Assembly (NCBI GenBank): GCA_964187785.1
Contig: OZ076409.1
Coordinates: 41,046,001-41,110,000 of the forward strand
Length of the DNA: 64,000 nucleotides
Direction: 5' to 3'
DNA from: Amphiscolops sp. MND2022
Taxonomy: Eukaryota
Below, in pieces: positions 49,777 to 62,777 of this stretch. A program made the position numbers and the translations under genes. The notes under the pieces were generated by a model that was not told the origin of the DNA, searched no databases, and was given only the letters and a program-made list of their open reading frames with translations. Positions within the stretch are counted from its first letter, which is position 1, and every line of letters begins with the position of its first letter.

Positions 49777-52700
49777 AATTTATGACGCCTGCCGGCAATT
49801 TTTTTGAACTGTGGGATTTGCCTCGTTTGCACCCAGGAAGGTCTATTGGGTCCCTTCCGTTGGAAAATGAAGGCTTTTTGGGTTTGTCTCCTGTACAGCG
49901 GAAGTATTGAAGGTTTACACTGATAGTTTTTCTGGCGTTTTTTGGAATTTTGTTCAAGACGTGTGTCTGAATTGAGTCAAATTCAGTTATATCAATCCTA
50001 CTGGGTAAAAAATGACACAGCACGTTTCGTCAGCCACACAAGTCTGAAAAATATTCTTCCGTAGCTGATAATTGTCTCCAGCTCCAAGCTAGAGCCTTTT
50101 TCAACGATTTTTGGATTTTTCAACTTTTTTCGAAAATCACTCAGATGGCTTTTACAAGTGCTGGAAACGTGGTATCGGGCTCAAAATTGGTCACGCGATC
50201 ACACGTATAGCCAGCTACACTACAGTAACAACCAATGAGAATTCAGACCACTGGGCGAGATTTAGATCTGGTACGGACGTTCCGTATCACCGTGTTTCGA
50301 TTGACACTATTTTTCACATGCAATCAAAGACTCTCGTCCACAGTGCTGAGCTCTCGAGCTCACTTTTTCAGCAACGGTGCACCAAATGACACTAATAAGA
50401 ATAGTCCAGGGCAATGTAATCCCAACTTCCCAATAAGGTGCGCCGACAATTCCAAAAAAATGATCCAATTCGTTACAATACACAGGATATCACAACTTCA
50501 AGTAACAAAATGCTATGATTCAGCAAGGCAGCCCACTCGTTACTGATCAAATATTACACGCACAGTAATGAACGAACTACTGGGAGAACAAACTAGGGGT
50601 TTCCACAGGTTTCCAACACGTAGAAAGGACTTTTTTCTCACTTTCCCAGTTTTCGTCTCGGTGAAACCTCTAACTGACACAATGAATATGCACGTCCAAG
50701 AAGAGTCAAAACTAGTTCCAAGGGTTGTAGCGTGCTGGAAGGTATCCAGCACTTCCGGATTGATGCACTGACCTAGAAAATGAGTCCAGGATCGGGGTAT
50801 TAGGATCCAGTCACAGGTCAGAGGATTTTCAGATATTTTTTGGGTTTTTCAGCTTCACTTGAAAAAAACTCCAGAGGCTAGCGCTAACGCTAGAAACGCA
50901 GGATCGGCTTCAAAATCAACCACACATCCCACGTAAGTTGAGATACACGGGAATAATAGCTGATTTGTGCTGAGGTGACTAGGTGAAGGTTCAACACAGT
51001 AGAGACTTTCGGTATCACCGTGTTCCAAGATGTACTGTTTTTCACGTGTCAACCCAGATTCTGGCGAACTGCAAACAGCGCTCACGCTCGTTTTTTCGGC
51101 AACATTACGATAAGTTTGCACTGGTTACGATAGTGGGCAGCAATTTGGCCCCACTCTTTGAATAAGGTGTTCAGGCAATCCCACAAGACTTCGTAGAATT
51201 CGCCTTCTTGCGCACCTTCTTGTGCAGTTTGTTTTAGTCAATTTCTCAACAGATATAGTAGCAATTGACACCAAACTTGGCAGTCGCTGTCAGTAGGCAC
51301 CAACCACGCTGTTAGAATAGTAAAACAGACGCTGGTAGGCTTCAGGGGGTCTCCTCAAGGATTTGGCCCTCTGCTCGTCTCGGTGAGGACATAAGAAAAT
51401 TGATGTTTTTTCAACGTCCAAGATTTTTCAAAACACGTTCTAGGGCTTGTAGGCTGTTCAAATTTGCACAGCGCTTTCTCACAAGCACACTGAGCCAGAA
51501 AATCAACCTCGTTTAGGGCAAAAAGGCTCCGGTCACTCACAGGAAGAATTTCAAAGAATTTTTGGTTTTTCCAAAAATCGCACAACAACACTCAAGAGGC
51601 TCGTGTGTGCGCTGGAAGCGCTGTATCAAGCCCAAAATTGACCAGCAGATCTTAGGTACACGTAGGTTTACGAAAATGAACACAGAATTTAGCTGCGCCC
51701 CTTCTACACAGTTTCACTTAGGTACAGACGTGCGGTATCACTATGTACCAAATTACACTGTTTTTCACGTCTTTTTCAAGATTGCGGTCCACTTGAAGGA
51801 GCTAGCAAGCTCAAATTCTCTGCAGCAACGTAGGAACTAGCACAGGTTACGATGGTGGGCTGCAATATAGCCCCACCCGTCGGCTAAGGTACCCGGGTTA
51901 CTCAGAAAAATTAAGAAAAAACTGCCTTTTTGCGCACCTTTTTGGGTGCCACGTTTTTCCTATTTTCTCAACAAGTATCACACTGATCGGCACCAAACTT
52001 GGTAGTTTATGCCAGTGGGCACCTACAATGCCACTAAAATGGTCGAATTGAAGCGCGAGCGCTTTTTTGAGGTTTCGATCCACTATGTACGTTGTACACG
52101 AAAAAACACTGTTTTTGACGACTTTTTTCACAAATTGACCAAGAGGATCACCTCAGAAAGTGATACGGCGGGCAAAATGGGACCAACGTGTTGCCCCACT
52201 ATCCGTAGCACTGTTATAAACCCTCAATTGGTTGTGCCCGTTAGGTATAAGGCACTGACAGTCCTGCAGTTTTGGATTTTTTCGGTCCTCTTACGCTTCT
52301 CTGAAGTCGAAACGTCAGAGAGCTTTTCTTAACTTTGGTGAGCGATACGCTCACCAAATTTTCGGCACTAACGTTAATTTTGATGGTAGTTACGAAAATG
52401 CAACCACTTTTTGGCTAGGGTTCAGGAATCGATGACCCGACCCTAGCTCAGAGACAGTCCGGTTTTGTGGACAATTGATCAAATTCAGTGCGTTTTTCCA
52501 CTTTTCTCAGCACTGAATGGGAGTTTTTACACGCGGTTTTCACCACCACGCGTTATTTTTACTACAAAAACAGAAAATGAGAGCGCGCAGGCTCCCAGGT
52601 CACGAAAACACTGAGTGCTCCAGAGGTTTTAATGATGCACTCCGGCACTCCTGAAACTGGCCAATAATCAAGGTTTTTCGACCCCTTCTCACCAAGAAAA

Positions 52701-53758
52701 CGTTACAAGCTCTCTTAAATCCTCTTTTCGGTACTGTGGAGTGTGCCCCAAACTAATAGCAGCACGGAAGAGGCAATTACATCACAATCCAGCACTCTCC
52801 CAGTGGCATTTCATAGTGGTTTCTTGCCAATTTCGCCAAAAACCGGGTTTTTTCATGCAAAATGTGTCTCAAAAAGGTCTCCAACGGCCTTTCTGGTTGT
52901 CGTTACATTATGTAGCATAACCCTCAAGGTTTTGGGCTGCTTTCTATTCATTTTTGCAACTAATGTGGCTAATACTTCGAGCGCTCGCGCTCGTACCAAG
53001 AAAAGTACTCAAAAACGCCAAAAATCACGTTTTTGCGACTTTTGCACTAAAAATCGCACTTTTTTCACTGAAAACAGGTGCAAAAGCACACACTGAGCTG
53101 CAACAAAGGAAAACAAGCCTTACCAAACAATTCCCCGTCGCAAAAGGTGTATTCTCAAAATTTTCGCCAACCATGAGCCATTTGAGCGACACTTCTGGTC
53201 ACAGGGGTACATCTTCACCACGCTTTTTCTCCACATCCAGACCAGATAGAGACACGCGGTTTAGTCCATTAGCATCGTCTACTCTTGCACTTGCTGTCCA
53301 CCAAAAACCATGCCTCTAGGACGTCTCCACGAGAAATGGCAGTAGGAAGTAGGCAACACACGATTTGACCCCGCTGCCGCCTCGCTGGCTCGTGGCTGAC
53401 CATCCACCAGTCACCTTCTTGCATGGCATAAAATGGCTGAAAATAGCTCAAAAAACCTGTTAAACACCCGTAGCCACGTGGTACGGTCCTCTACACCTGC
53501 AAAAAAGATACCCGCTGATGGGAACCTTGCAATTTTAGACGATATCTGTCAACAAGTACCTGTTATAAAAACATACCAAAGGTACTCGGAAAAATCCCCT
53601 GAAAGACTGGAAAAATACCAAAATATAACGTCATATCATCTAAAAAATTTGGAAAAACTCTGGGTAAACGTCTCCTTCCAGAGTCCAATCGTTCTTGGCG
53701 TCCAATACCAGGGGGTCGGAAATTTCAAAACCATATAATAGGGCAGTAATCGGAAGCG

Positions 53759-53776
53759 ATCCCTCTGTGGTCGCCA
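53759..53776 (-). promoter_or_regulatory. Primer-binding site, tRNA-Arg-like
   Basis: TGGCGACCACAGAGGGAT lies 15 nt inside the right-hand LTR and resembles known tRNA-Arg primer sites (TGGCGACCAC...GGGA). Confidence 0.7.
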
Positions 53777-53791
53777 AAAAATGAGGTCTCA

Positions 53792-54562
53792 TGTAACGGC
53801 AAGCTGTTATCGGTCGCTTAACACGTTAACAGAGATGGAGGAACCTGCAGGAATGGGTGATTCGCTCGGGACAGGCGCCCATCGCCACAGATCCATTTTG
53901 CCTCCAGGGGTAATACGTCCCGGGGCCGCGGGTGCTTCGACGAATACTGTCCAACCGGTCCTAGTCTTTGATTGCTAATAGTAACGGGCATCTTTCTGGC
54001 TCTCTAAAGACCACCGCTTAACTAGCATATAAAAACAATGCCAAGAATAAGGTAAATTTCCAGTTCCAGGGTGACATGTGAATAAGATCTAAAATTGGGG
54101 AATAAGATCTAAACTAGCGCTAGCGCTACTGAATACAGCCAAAATCACTGAAAATACATGAAAACAGGCACAAATATGGCAAACCACACAGCAAAAAAGC
54201 TGGGGCGCAGGGGCTCCAAGCACCAAACAAGGATCTTTAGGCGAAAAGACTCATTTTTACGGTTTCCGCTACATAGGGTAGCATAATGCTGAAAATCGAT
54301 AAAACCGGTGTTAGCACCTCAAAAAGAGTCTATTTTCGGATGTTTTTGCCGTCTCTGGCTTCTGTCATGGCGGCGCGCCCGTGTTTTTGCTCGTTCTTGC
54401 TCTTTGTTGTCGAAGTACCTGCCAATTTCGTGGAAACAGCGAAAAGAGCAATCACATGCTCAGTGCCACGTCACACATCGAATTAGAATTTTTGACAAAA
54501 TTTCTGAACATGTCAAAGTTGCAAAATCGGTTGATATTGCTGTACCAGAGCTTGCCGTTACA
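53792..54562 (-). repeat. 5' LTR of the non-autonomous element
   Basis: Direct repeat of 46920-47690, adjacent to the PBS. Confidence 0.92.
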
Positions 54563-54930
54563 TTGAATGTAACCTCAAAAATTGGATCATGTGATTTTTT
54601 CCACTTTAGAAGGACGCGAAACATCAAAACAGATTCGAACCACTGCCTCCTCCCTAGTAAAACGCAATTGAGATCTGTTATAACGACAAAGATTCGGATA
54701 AGACGTGCTTACCTGTAGGCCAAGTGACAGTTAAAAGTTACTAAGTTAACTTGAAGAAATGTGTATGAAATCTGTCAGTTCGCTGGTCTTAAAAAAGCGA
54801 TGCTATAGTCAGGTCTTCTTTTGGAAAAGCGCCGACTAAAAAAACAGGAGCACACTCTTTAATTGCTATCGAACGCAGACTTTGGACGCAACTGATTAGC
54901 GGCAAAAAAGTTTCGCACGAGAATAACGGA

Positions 54931-56081
54931 TGTTGGCGCCTCAAAATTTGTTCCGAAAAATTGAAGGAAAAATAAGTCGAGTTAGTCAATTTCAAAATGC
55001 TGTAAAAATGTGTAGAATTGAATTTGAGTGCTAGTTTTCGCCCAATCGACATATTTCGACCCAAATGAGAGATTTAAACTATAAAATCGAAAATCGAAGT
55101 CAAAAAATTTTCAATTCCCCTCTTACGTCCCATTTTGGATTCCTTTTTCAAAGTCAGTGTATATTTGGACTTTATTCTTTGTTTATCGTATTTAACTTGA
55201 TATGAACTCCATATTTGGGCTACGTGGGTGTCTCTAGGACCCATGAGGACTATTTGTCAACTTCACTGAGTATTTCACAGCAAATAACATGTGTAAATGT
55301 ATGCCTTAATCTTGCTTAAATGTATGTCTTTTATATATACTTTTACATATTTTGGTGTATACCTCAAGCCCAGTTAAATAGTTTGTTTCTGTTTATTCTA
55401 TATATCGAAGCGCTTGTATGGTGATGGTAAATTTAACCACAAACATCCGCCATTTGGTATTTCCTGTATGCTAAAGTAACCAGAGTTAACTCCTACTAAG
55501 ACACACAGCAACCAAGTAGAGATTCGAATCAGTCGACTTTGCTACTCAAGTATTGAAGAAAGTGAAAGCTTGGAAGTTTCTCGTACAATTAATTCAGTTA
55601 ACTCTGGCTATTGAAGAGCTTTTTGGAGTTGAGCAAGTGATATTATATTGTTTCGAAATTCCAACGTCAATTTATTATATTGCATATGGTTGCGACATTT
55701 TTGCTTGAGAAAGTTATCGTGGACACAAGGATTGGGATCGATCAATTGGTTTAGCAGATCAACAGAAGCTACTCGTCATCAGGACAGCTAAGTTGATTCC
55801 TATAGTTACAGTTTAAAGCTACTTTATGTTTGCGAAACAGAATGAGTGCAAAGTCAAAGATGCAGTAATTGCTTCACCGACTTCCGAAACTTATTCAAAG
55901 TAACGCAAGCAAAAATTTTCATTGAAATTAGTTGCGAATTACCTATTGAAGGTTCTTGATAAGTGGTTTTTGCAAGTGCCTTTCCTGCATATATCAGATA
56001 TAGAAATTGTCCGCAAGTTGTCAACCAAGCCGTCGTAAAGCTTGGTAAGTGTTTCTGTTAGTTTACCTTGCAGACGCAAAA
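54931..56081 (+). repeat. 5' LTR of the Bel/Pao element
   Basis: Runs TGTTGGCGCC...AGACGCAAAA; highly similar to 62744-63894. Confidence 0.95.
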
Positions 56082-56084
56082 TTT

Positions 56085-56102
56085 TGGTGCCGCGACCCGG
56101 GA
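56085..56102 (+). promoter_or_regulatory. Primer-binding site (tRNA-Phe- or His-like)
   Basis: TGGTGCCGCGACCCGGGA, 3 nt after the LTR. Confidence 0.75.
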
Positions 56103-56178
56103 AGGCACTCTGCAAATTTAATCCACTTGAGCTTTGTGAAACTTGCCTATCTGACAGCTGTGAAAAAAGCAAAAGACA

Positions 56179-59100
56179 ATGGCTGAAGGTGGGCTTTATG
56201 ATCCTCAATTCATTACCGTGTCAAAAAATGGAACTGAAAGAAAAGTCCCATTTTCGGATTCGTTAAAAAACTCATCCACATTGAGCGACTGGATCAATCA
56301 TGAAAAACGGGTAGTTGACATTGTCTCGACCATTCGAAATATGGAACTTGACTTGCGAAATATCAAATCAAGCAATCCAGTTCTTTGGATCGATAAGGGC
56401 AATTTTTGTTTAAAGTTTTGGGCGTCTAAGGATGAATTGAAGAAAGAATTCGAACTGTATCTTCCAATGTTGAAAGAAAAGAACCAAAGTGATCGCAGAA
56501 CGGCTCTTAGAAAACTAAATTTGGAATTCGAAGAAAGATTCACAGAATGGTGTGAAGACCTCCGAAATCTTGGATTTATCGGTAGCCTTCCCCAGAAGTT
56601 AAAAGATGAAAGAGATTTGCTGAAGTTTTGTAGGTCCGTGGATCAATTTTTCGAAACGACACGAAACTTGTCCAGTGAACTAGATACGATTAACAATTTG
56701 ATGAAACAAGAAGAAAGGTCAAGTAAAGTGAAGTCATCCATACAAAAACTTCAAGAATTGAAAACTAAGCTGGACAAGGTTTACGAAAGTGTGTGTAGCC
56801 AGCTAAAAACAGAATCAATTGGGGAGTTGTCAATGTTTGAAAGGAATGTTAGAGATTTCAGTGTGAAAATACAACAAGCGACGACAGATTCATTGTACTA
56901 TGTCGATCGTTTGAATGAAGTAAAAGATCATTGGAACCAACCAATAACCTCAGATGGGGTGGGGGAAACTACATCAATGAAAGACATTCCAGTGACATCG
57001 ACTGGCGATGAAAGTAGTCAAACTCGGATTTTGCGCCAAAGTGCAAACGATACACTAGAAAAGAGTCTGAAATTGCTAAGAGATGTTAACCAATCCACAG
57101 CGTTTGATAAGAGTGAGAACCGTACGGAAGTTGCTCCTCGGCAAACAGGTTCAGCGACTTTCAGTACAGTGAAACGACGTTCATTAGTGGACTTCTCACC
57201 TTCAAGAACCTGCCGAAAAGTGATACCTGCAAACGGTTGGGCTTAAGAGTGGGTTCCGAATTGTCAAGGGTTAGTGAACTACGACGCTTAGAGATGCATG
57301 CTAAAGTGCTAGAACAAAAGCCTCAGTTAGAAATTGAGAAAAGGCAGCGAGAACTGAAAATGGAGAAAACGAAAAAGCAAATGGAAATGGAATTGGAGAT
57401 GCATCAGAAGCTCCTAGATCTACAAGCGGAAACTGAAATTGCTGAAATGGAAAGCAGAAAAGCGCTTGAGCAGCACGAAATGAGACTACAAATAGAAGAA
57501 GCTGAGGGGTCCGTTCGTGCTTTGTCGATTTGTCCCAGCTTGATGTCTCTCACCCTTGGAGAAGACAAAAACAGTGACATCAGAAGCTGGTTGAAACGAA
57601 GTGATGAAAATCTCGAAAAGGGCTTTCCACAACCGAAGGAATCTAGTAGAGAGGTAGAAATCAAAAGTGGATCAAGAAGACTACCTCAGAGATTTCCAAA
57701 ACACTCTCCTCAAAAAAATCAATTGCTGACTTCGCAACCTCATAGCAGAGGTACCAGTAAGTCACCTCCGAGAAAAAGCACTGCAATCAATTTTCCAAAA
57801 ACAAAACCTTCACTTCAGCAAGGCAATTACGAACCGAAGTCAAAACATGAATTCGCGAATCCCACTTTCAAAGTAGAAAATCCTTTTCCTTCCTTTACCC
57901 CAGCAGTACCTCTACAGCAACATGTCCATTTTGTTTGAACAAGTTTACCTAAGCTAAAATTATCTGAATTTCACGGAGATCCATTGGAATGGCCGTAATG
58001 GTCCAGCTTGTTTACAGCAACCATCCATAATGCACCAATCGATGACAATGCAAAAATGAGTCATTTGAAAACGATCGTTAAAGGTAAAGCCAAGGCGGCA
58101 ATTGCTGGTCTTGAGTACTCAGGAATCATGTATAGTGCTGCATGGAATGCTTTGGTTACCAATTTCGGACGTCCGCAAACAATTGTGAATGCGCAGATGA
58201 AGCAAATCCATCTGAATCCGTTTATCAAGTCGCATGACTCAGCAGCTATTATAAAGTATGCTCAGTTGATCACTACTTGTGTCAATGTATTGAAACAATT
58301 TGGTTTCACTGGAGATTTGTACTCAGAATCAGTCCTTAATTCAGCTTTGAGAAAGTTACCTCCTGAATTGAAAACAAAATGGTTTTTCCTTGCAAAAAGC
58401 AAAAGCTACTATAATGCAGATCTTTGCAAGTTTAGCGAGTGGCTAAATGATGTTGCCTATGTGCATGATGAAATGATGGTGCAATTCAAAACACCATTTG
58501 AGAAAAAAGCCACTGGATCAACCGAAAAGGTTAAGACTTCAACATTTGCTGCCAATGACCAAGGTAAACCAACATCAACTTCTATTAAGCAATGTCCATT
58601 AAAAGATGGCGAACATAAAATTTGGATGTGCAACAAATTCAAACAGCAAGCTGTCAACGAAAGATATGAAACGTTGAAAAAACTGAAACTATGTTTCTGT
58701 TGTCTTAATTCTCACCTGATTAAAGACTGCAAATCAGAACGTGTCTGCAATGTGAATGGTTGCACTAAGAAACACAACAGGCTTCTACACTCTGATGCGC
58801 AGAAAATAGATAAAGTCACATATGACAAGAAAACAGAAGACTCGGTGCCTCAAAGCAGGGCCGGCAGCTCTTCAATGATGTCGACAGGCAATAACGGTTT
58901 CTTACAACTGATTCCTATTTCGATAGGTAAAGAAAAACGATGCGTTGAAACCATTGCGCTCTGTGATACCGGATCCACTGTTTCGTTTATGGATCAAAGT
59001 TTGGTTGATCTTCTCAGGTTGAAAGGTAAAGAGTCCGTAATGTCCGTTGCTGGCATTCATGGTTTGTCTGATTTGAAAACGCAAATAGTAACAGCCAAAG

Positions 59101-62100
59101 TGGGTTCCAGCGAAGCAGAAACGGCTGGAGAGACTGTAACGTTCTGCAGTCACCCTAACCTAAATGTTGGTGAAAAAGACTATGACTTCAGAAAACTAAA
59201 AGAAGAGTACCAATATTTATCTGATCTGCCTAATATTAAAGTCTCAATGACTGATGTTAAAGTGATTTTCGGACAGCATGCTTATCATTTGATCAGGCCG
59301 CTGGAATACAAATCTGGCGAAAGAAATCAACCATGAGCAGTTAAAACAGCACTAGGTTGGACCATTAGCGGAGCCTTGCCAAAAAAGGAAACAAGTAACA
59401 TATCGGTTTCTTGCAACCTTTCAGTTGCACCCGACCCACTGGCAAATCAGATGAAAAAATGGTGGGACATGGAGACATACGCGTCAGTGTGTGATGTCTC
59501 TGGTCGATCCAAAGGAGAAAAGAGAGCACTGTCAATTTTAGAAAGAATAACAAAGCATAACGGTGAACGTTATGAAGTGGGTTTAATGTGGGCTGATGAC
59601 AATCCCGATCTGCCTAACAATTATTACTCAGCATATCAGCAGTTCTTGTCGATGGAAAAAAAGATTTGAGAAAGACCTTGAATTGAAAGAAGCTTACAAA
59701 GCTACCATTGAGAAGGACTTGGAAAACCATTTTATTCGAAAACTGGATCAGGAAGAAGTTTCCAGTACAGAGAATGATATGCAATGGTACTTACCTCATC
59801 ACCCAGTGAAACATCCACATAAGCCAGGCAAGGTCAGAGGAGTTTGTAATGCGGCTTCAAAGTTTAGATGCGTTTCGCTAAATGACAAACTTCTAAGTGG
59901 ACCTGATTTATTGCGCAACTTAGTGGGAATTGTTTCCAGGTTCAAAGAGCACCTGATAGCAATCACTGCCGATATAGAGTCAATGTTTTTACAAGTAGCA
60001 GTTCCGAAAGAAGAATGTAGAGTTCTACGTTTTCTTTGGCGAGATAAACCAGAAGATAACATTGCAATTTTCGAGTATAATAGGCATGTGTTCGGAGCAA
60101 AGAGTTCCCCAACGTGTGCCAATTATGGTTTCCAACAAGGCGGTAGAGATAACAAAAAGGAGTTTCCTGTAGCAGCCGCTACAATAGACAGAAACTTCTA
60201 TATGGACGACCTCGTCAAGAGTGTTGATACACCTCAAGAGGCCATTGAATGTTATCAACAGTTAGTGGAAACACTGAAGCGCAGTGGCTATACTTTAAAG
60301 AAATGGGTGAGCAATTGCCCTGAAGTGCTTGAAGTTATCCCCTCGGAAGACCATCTGGAATCTAATGAATTTACATTGAATGCGGATTCATCGCCCATCC
60401 TAGGTCTCGAATGGACCATAGATTCGGATAGTCTTCAAGTCTGCCGAGGACCAAACAAAGAATGTCCACAAGAAATAACGCAACGAGTGGTACTATCTTT
60501 TGTTTCATCGGTATTTGATCCCATGGGAATCTTCGCACCGTTTACCATGCGAATGAGAATGCTTTTGAAGAGGATTTGGATCCGTTTTGGTCAGTCGTGG
60601 GACGAAAATATCAATGAAGAAGATAAAAGAATATTCTTCGAGTGGGTACAAGAAATGCAGACAATTAAGCAGACATCTCTTTCCCGGAAGTATTTTTCCA
60701 ATATCCCCAAGAACGTGCAGTTACATATTTTCAGTGATGCCTCTTTGGAAGCAATGTGCATTGTTGCATATCTTCGAGGAGAACTCGAAGATGGCATCGA
60801 AGTGTCCTTTGTGTTGGGCAAATGCAGAATAGCTCCTATCAAACAGTTGTCTATTCCTCGTCTAGAGCTACAAGCAGCCTTGTATTCTGTGAGGTTGAGA
60901 AAGTTGATCATTCAAGAACACGATTTACCTATTAATGGTGTAACTCATTGGACAGATTCCGTTACCGTATTGCAATGGTTGAACTCCGCGGACAAAAAGC
61001 AGAATGTCTTTGTTGCCAATAGAGCAGCTGAAATTCTGGAAAACTCCTCCATTGACGAATGGAAACATATCCGAGGCGAGTTGAATCCATCTGACATTGG
61101 AACTCGTGGGATAACTATAGAAAAGTTATCTGAAAGCGAATGGTTAACCGGACCTTCTTGGTTGAAAGACCAGCCTGAGGATTGGCCGTTATCTTTGCCT
61201 CCAATTCACGTGAATTCTGATGATCATGCTGAAGTTGCACTAATTGCGAACACAAGTATGACTCAGGAGCCACCTGTTGATTGGAAAAAATTAGTAGTTT
61301 CTCGAAATGCGTCCGTGTTATCGCGTTTTGTTTGCGGTTGAAGTATAAAAGTCAATCTAAAGTTTTACTTGTTGAAGAATTGAATCGATCAGAGGATAGA
61401 GTTTTGAAAATGATTCAGAAAGAATCTTTCCCGGACCTTTTTGATGAGAAGGAAAGTTTCGGTAAAACTAAAAAAGGCGGAAATCTATCAAAATTTGCAC
61501 CCTTCTTTGATGAAAAAGGAGTTATCAGAATTAGGGGTCGCATCAAACATGCCAACTTGAGCTTCGAACAGCGTCATCCAGTATTGTTATCTACGAAACA
61601 CGACATGGTAATGACCATGTTGCGAGATCTACACTTCGAACACAATCATGAAGGTGTAGAGTATGTGAGAAGTGTTATTCAACAGAAATTTTGGATAATC
61701 GGGTTACGAAATGCTTTGAGGAGTGTTAAAACTAGTTGTGTATTCTGTCGCAAATTACGTGCACAGAATAAAACCCCGTTCATAGCCGACTTACCCCCAG
61801 AGAGACCTGATTATCAGTCATATCCGTTTACCAACGTTGTGGTGGATTATTTCGGTCCGTTTGAGGTGAAATTATTAGGAAGATCTATGAAACGTTGGTG
61901 CTGCTTATTTACATGTTTAACTACCAGAGCAGTACATATCGAAGTGGTTCGAAGTCTTGACACAGATTCTTGCTTGGTAGCTATCAACAGATTTATTGCT
62001 AGACGCGGCAAGCCGACTACTATCATCAGCGATAATGGTACTAACTTCGTTGGATCAGCAAGAGAGTTGAAGGAGTACATCAACTCATGGAATCAAGATC

Positions 62101-62777
62101 AAATAACGCCAGAGCTTGCTCAGAAGCACATTGTATGGAAGTTTAACCCTCCTGGCGCACCCCATTTTGGTGGTGTATGGGAGAGATTAGTTAGAAGTTG
62201 CAAAAAGGCAATGGTGGCTATATTGGGTAATCGATCTCTTACAGATGAAGTTTTATTGACAACTATGTGCTTAGTGGAACAAACATTAAATGCGCGTCCT
62301 ATTACTCCAGCAAGCGATGATCCTGAAGATCTTGAACCACTTACACCGAACCATTTTATTATTGGTCGAGCGAATGTTTGCATTCCCTTTATTCCAAACG
62401 CAGAGGTTTATGCTAACCAAAGAAAGATGTTCAGATCAAGCCAAGCTTATGCAGACATGATTTGGAACAGATGGGTGAACGAATACCTCATTTAGAACAA
62501 TGTAAGAGAACAATGGAAGGAGCCAGAGCCAAATATTCAAGTTGGAGATCTTGTTTGGCTGATAGAAGACAATGTTAGAAGGTCTCACTACAAGATGGCG
62601 CGAGTCATTGAAGTATTCCCTGGAAAAGATGGTATTGTGAGATCAGCACTAATCAAAACTGTCAATGGAACCCTGAAACGACCTGTGGTTAAACTGGCAC
62701 CACTTTTTGAAAAGCGTTTTCGCGCTGAAAACGGGGCCGGCATTGTTGGCGCCTCAAAATTTGTTCCGAAAAATTGA
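56179..62777 (+). pseudogene. Bel/Pao gag-pol polyprotein with several stops and frameshifts
   Basis: LPKLKLSEFHGDPLEWP (Bel/Pao gag), triple Cys/His knuckles (CPLKDGEH..C, CFCCLNSH..C, CNVNGCTKKH..LLH), LCDTGS protease, FYMDD RT, FSDAS/IPRLEL/WTDS RNase H, DYFGP/SDNGTNF/GGVWER integrase. Stops at 57938, about 57998, 59336 and 62495; frameshifts near 57240, 59665 and 61290. Confidence 0.93.

Larger units (their letters stand above)
46920..54562 (-). mobile_element. Non-autonomous LTR retroelement (7643 bp) with no recognisable gag or pol
   Basis: 771-bp direct repeats at 46920-47690 and 53792-54562, each with a 14-bp perfect terminal inverted repeat TGTAACGGCAAGCT. PBS-like and PPT-like (GCCCGGGGAGTGA) sequences on the minus strand. 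Confidence 0.85.

Noticed and set aside
50111..53738. Many 60-120-aa ORFs in the interior of the non-autonomous element
   Set aside because: No recognisable motifs, overlapping on both strands; consistent with chance ORFs.
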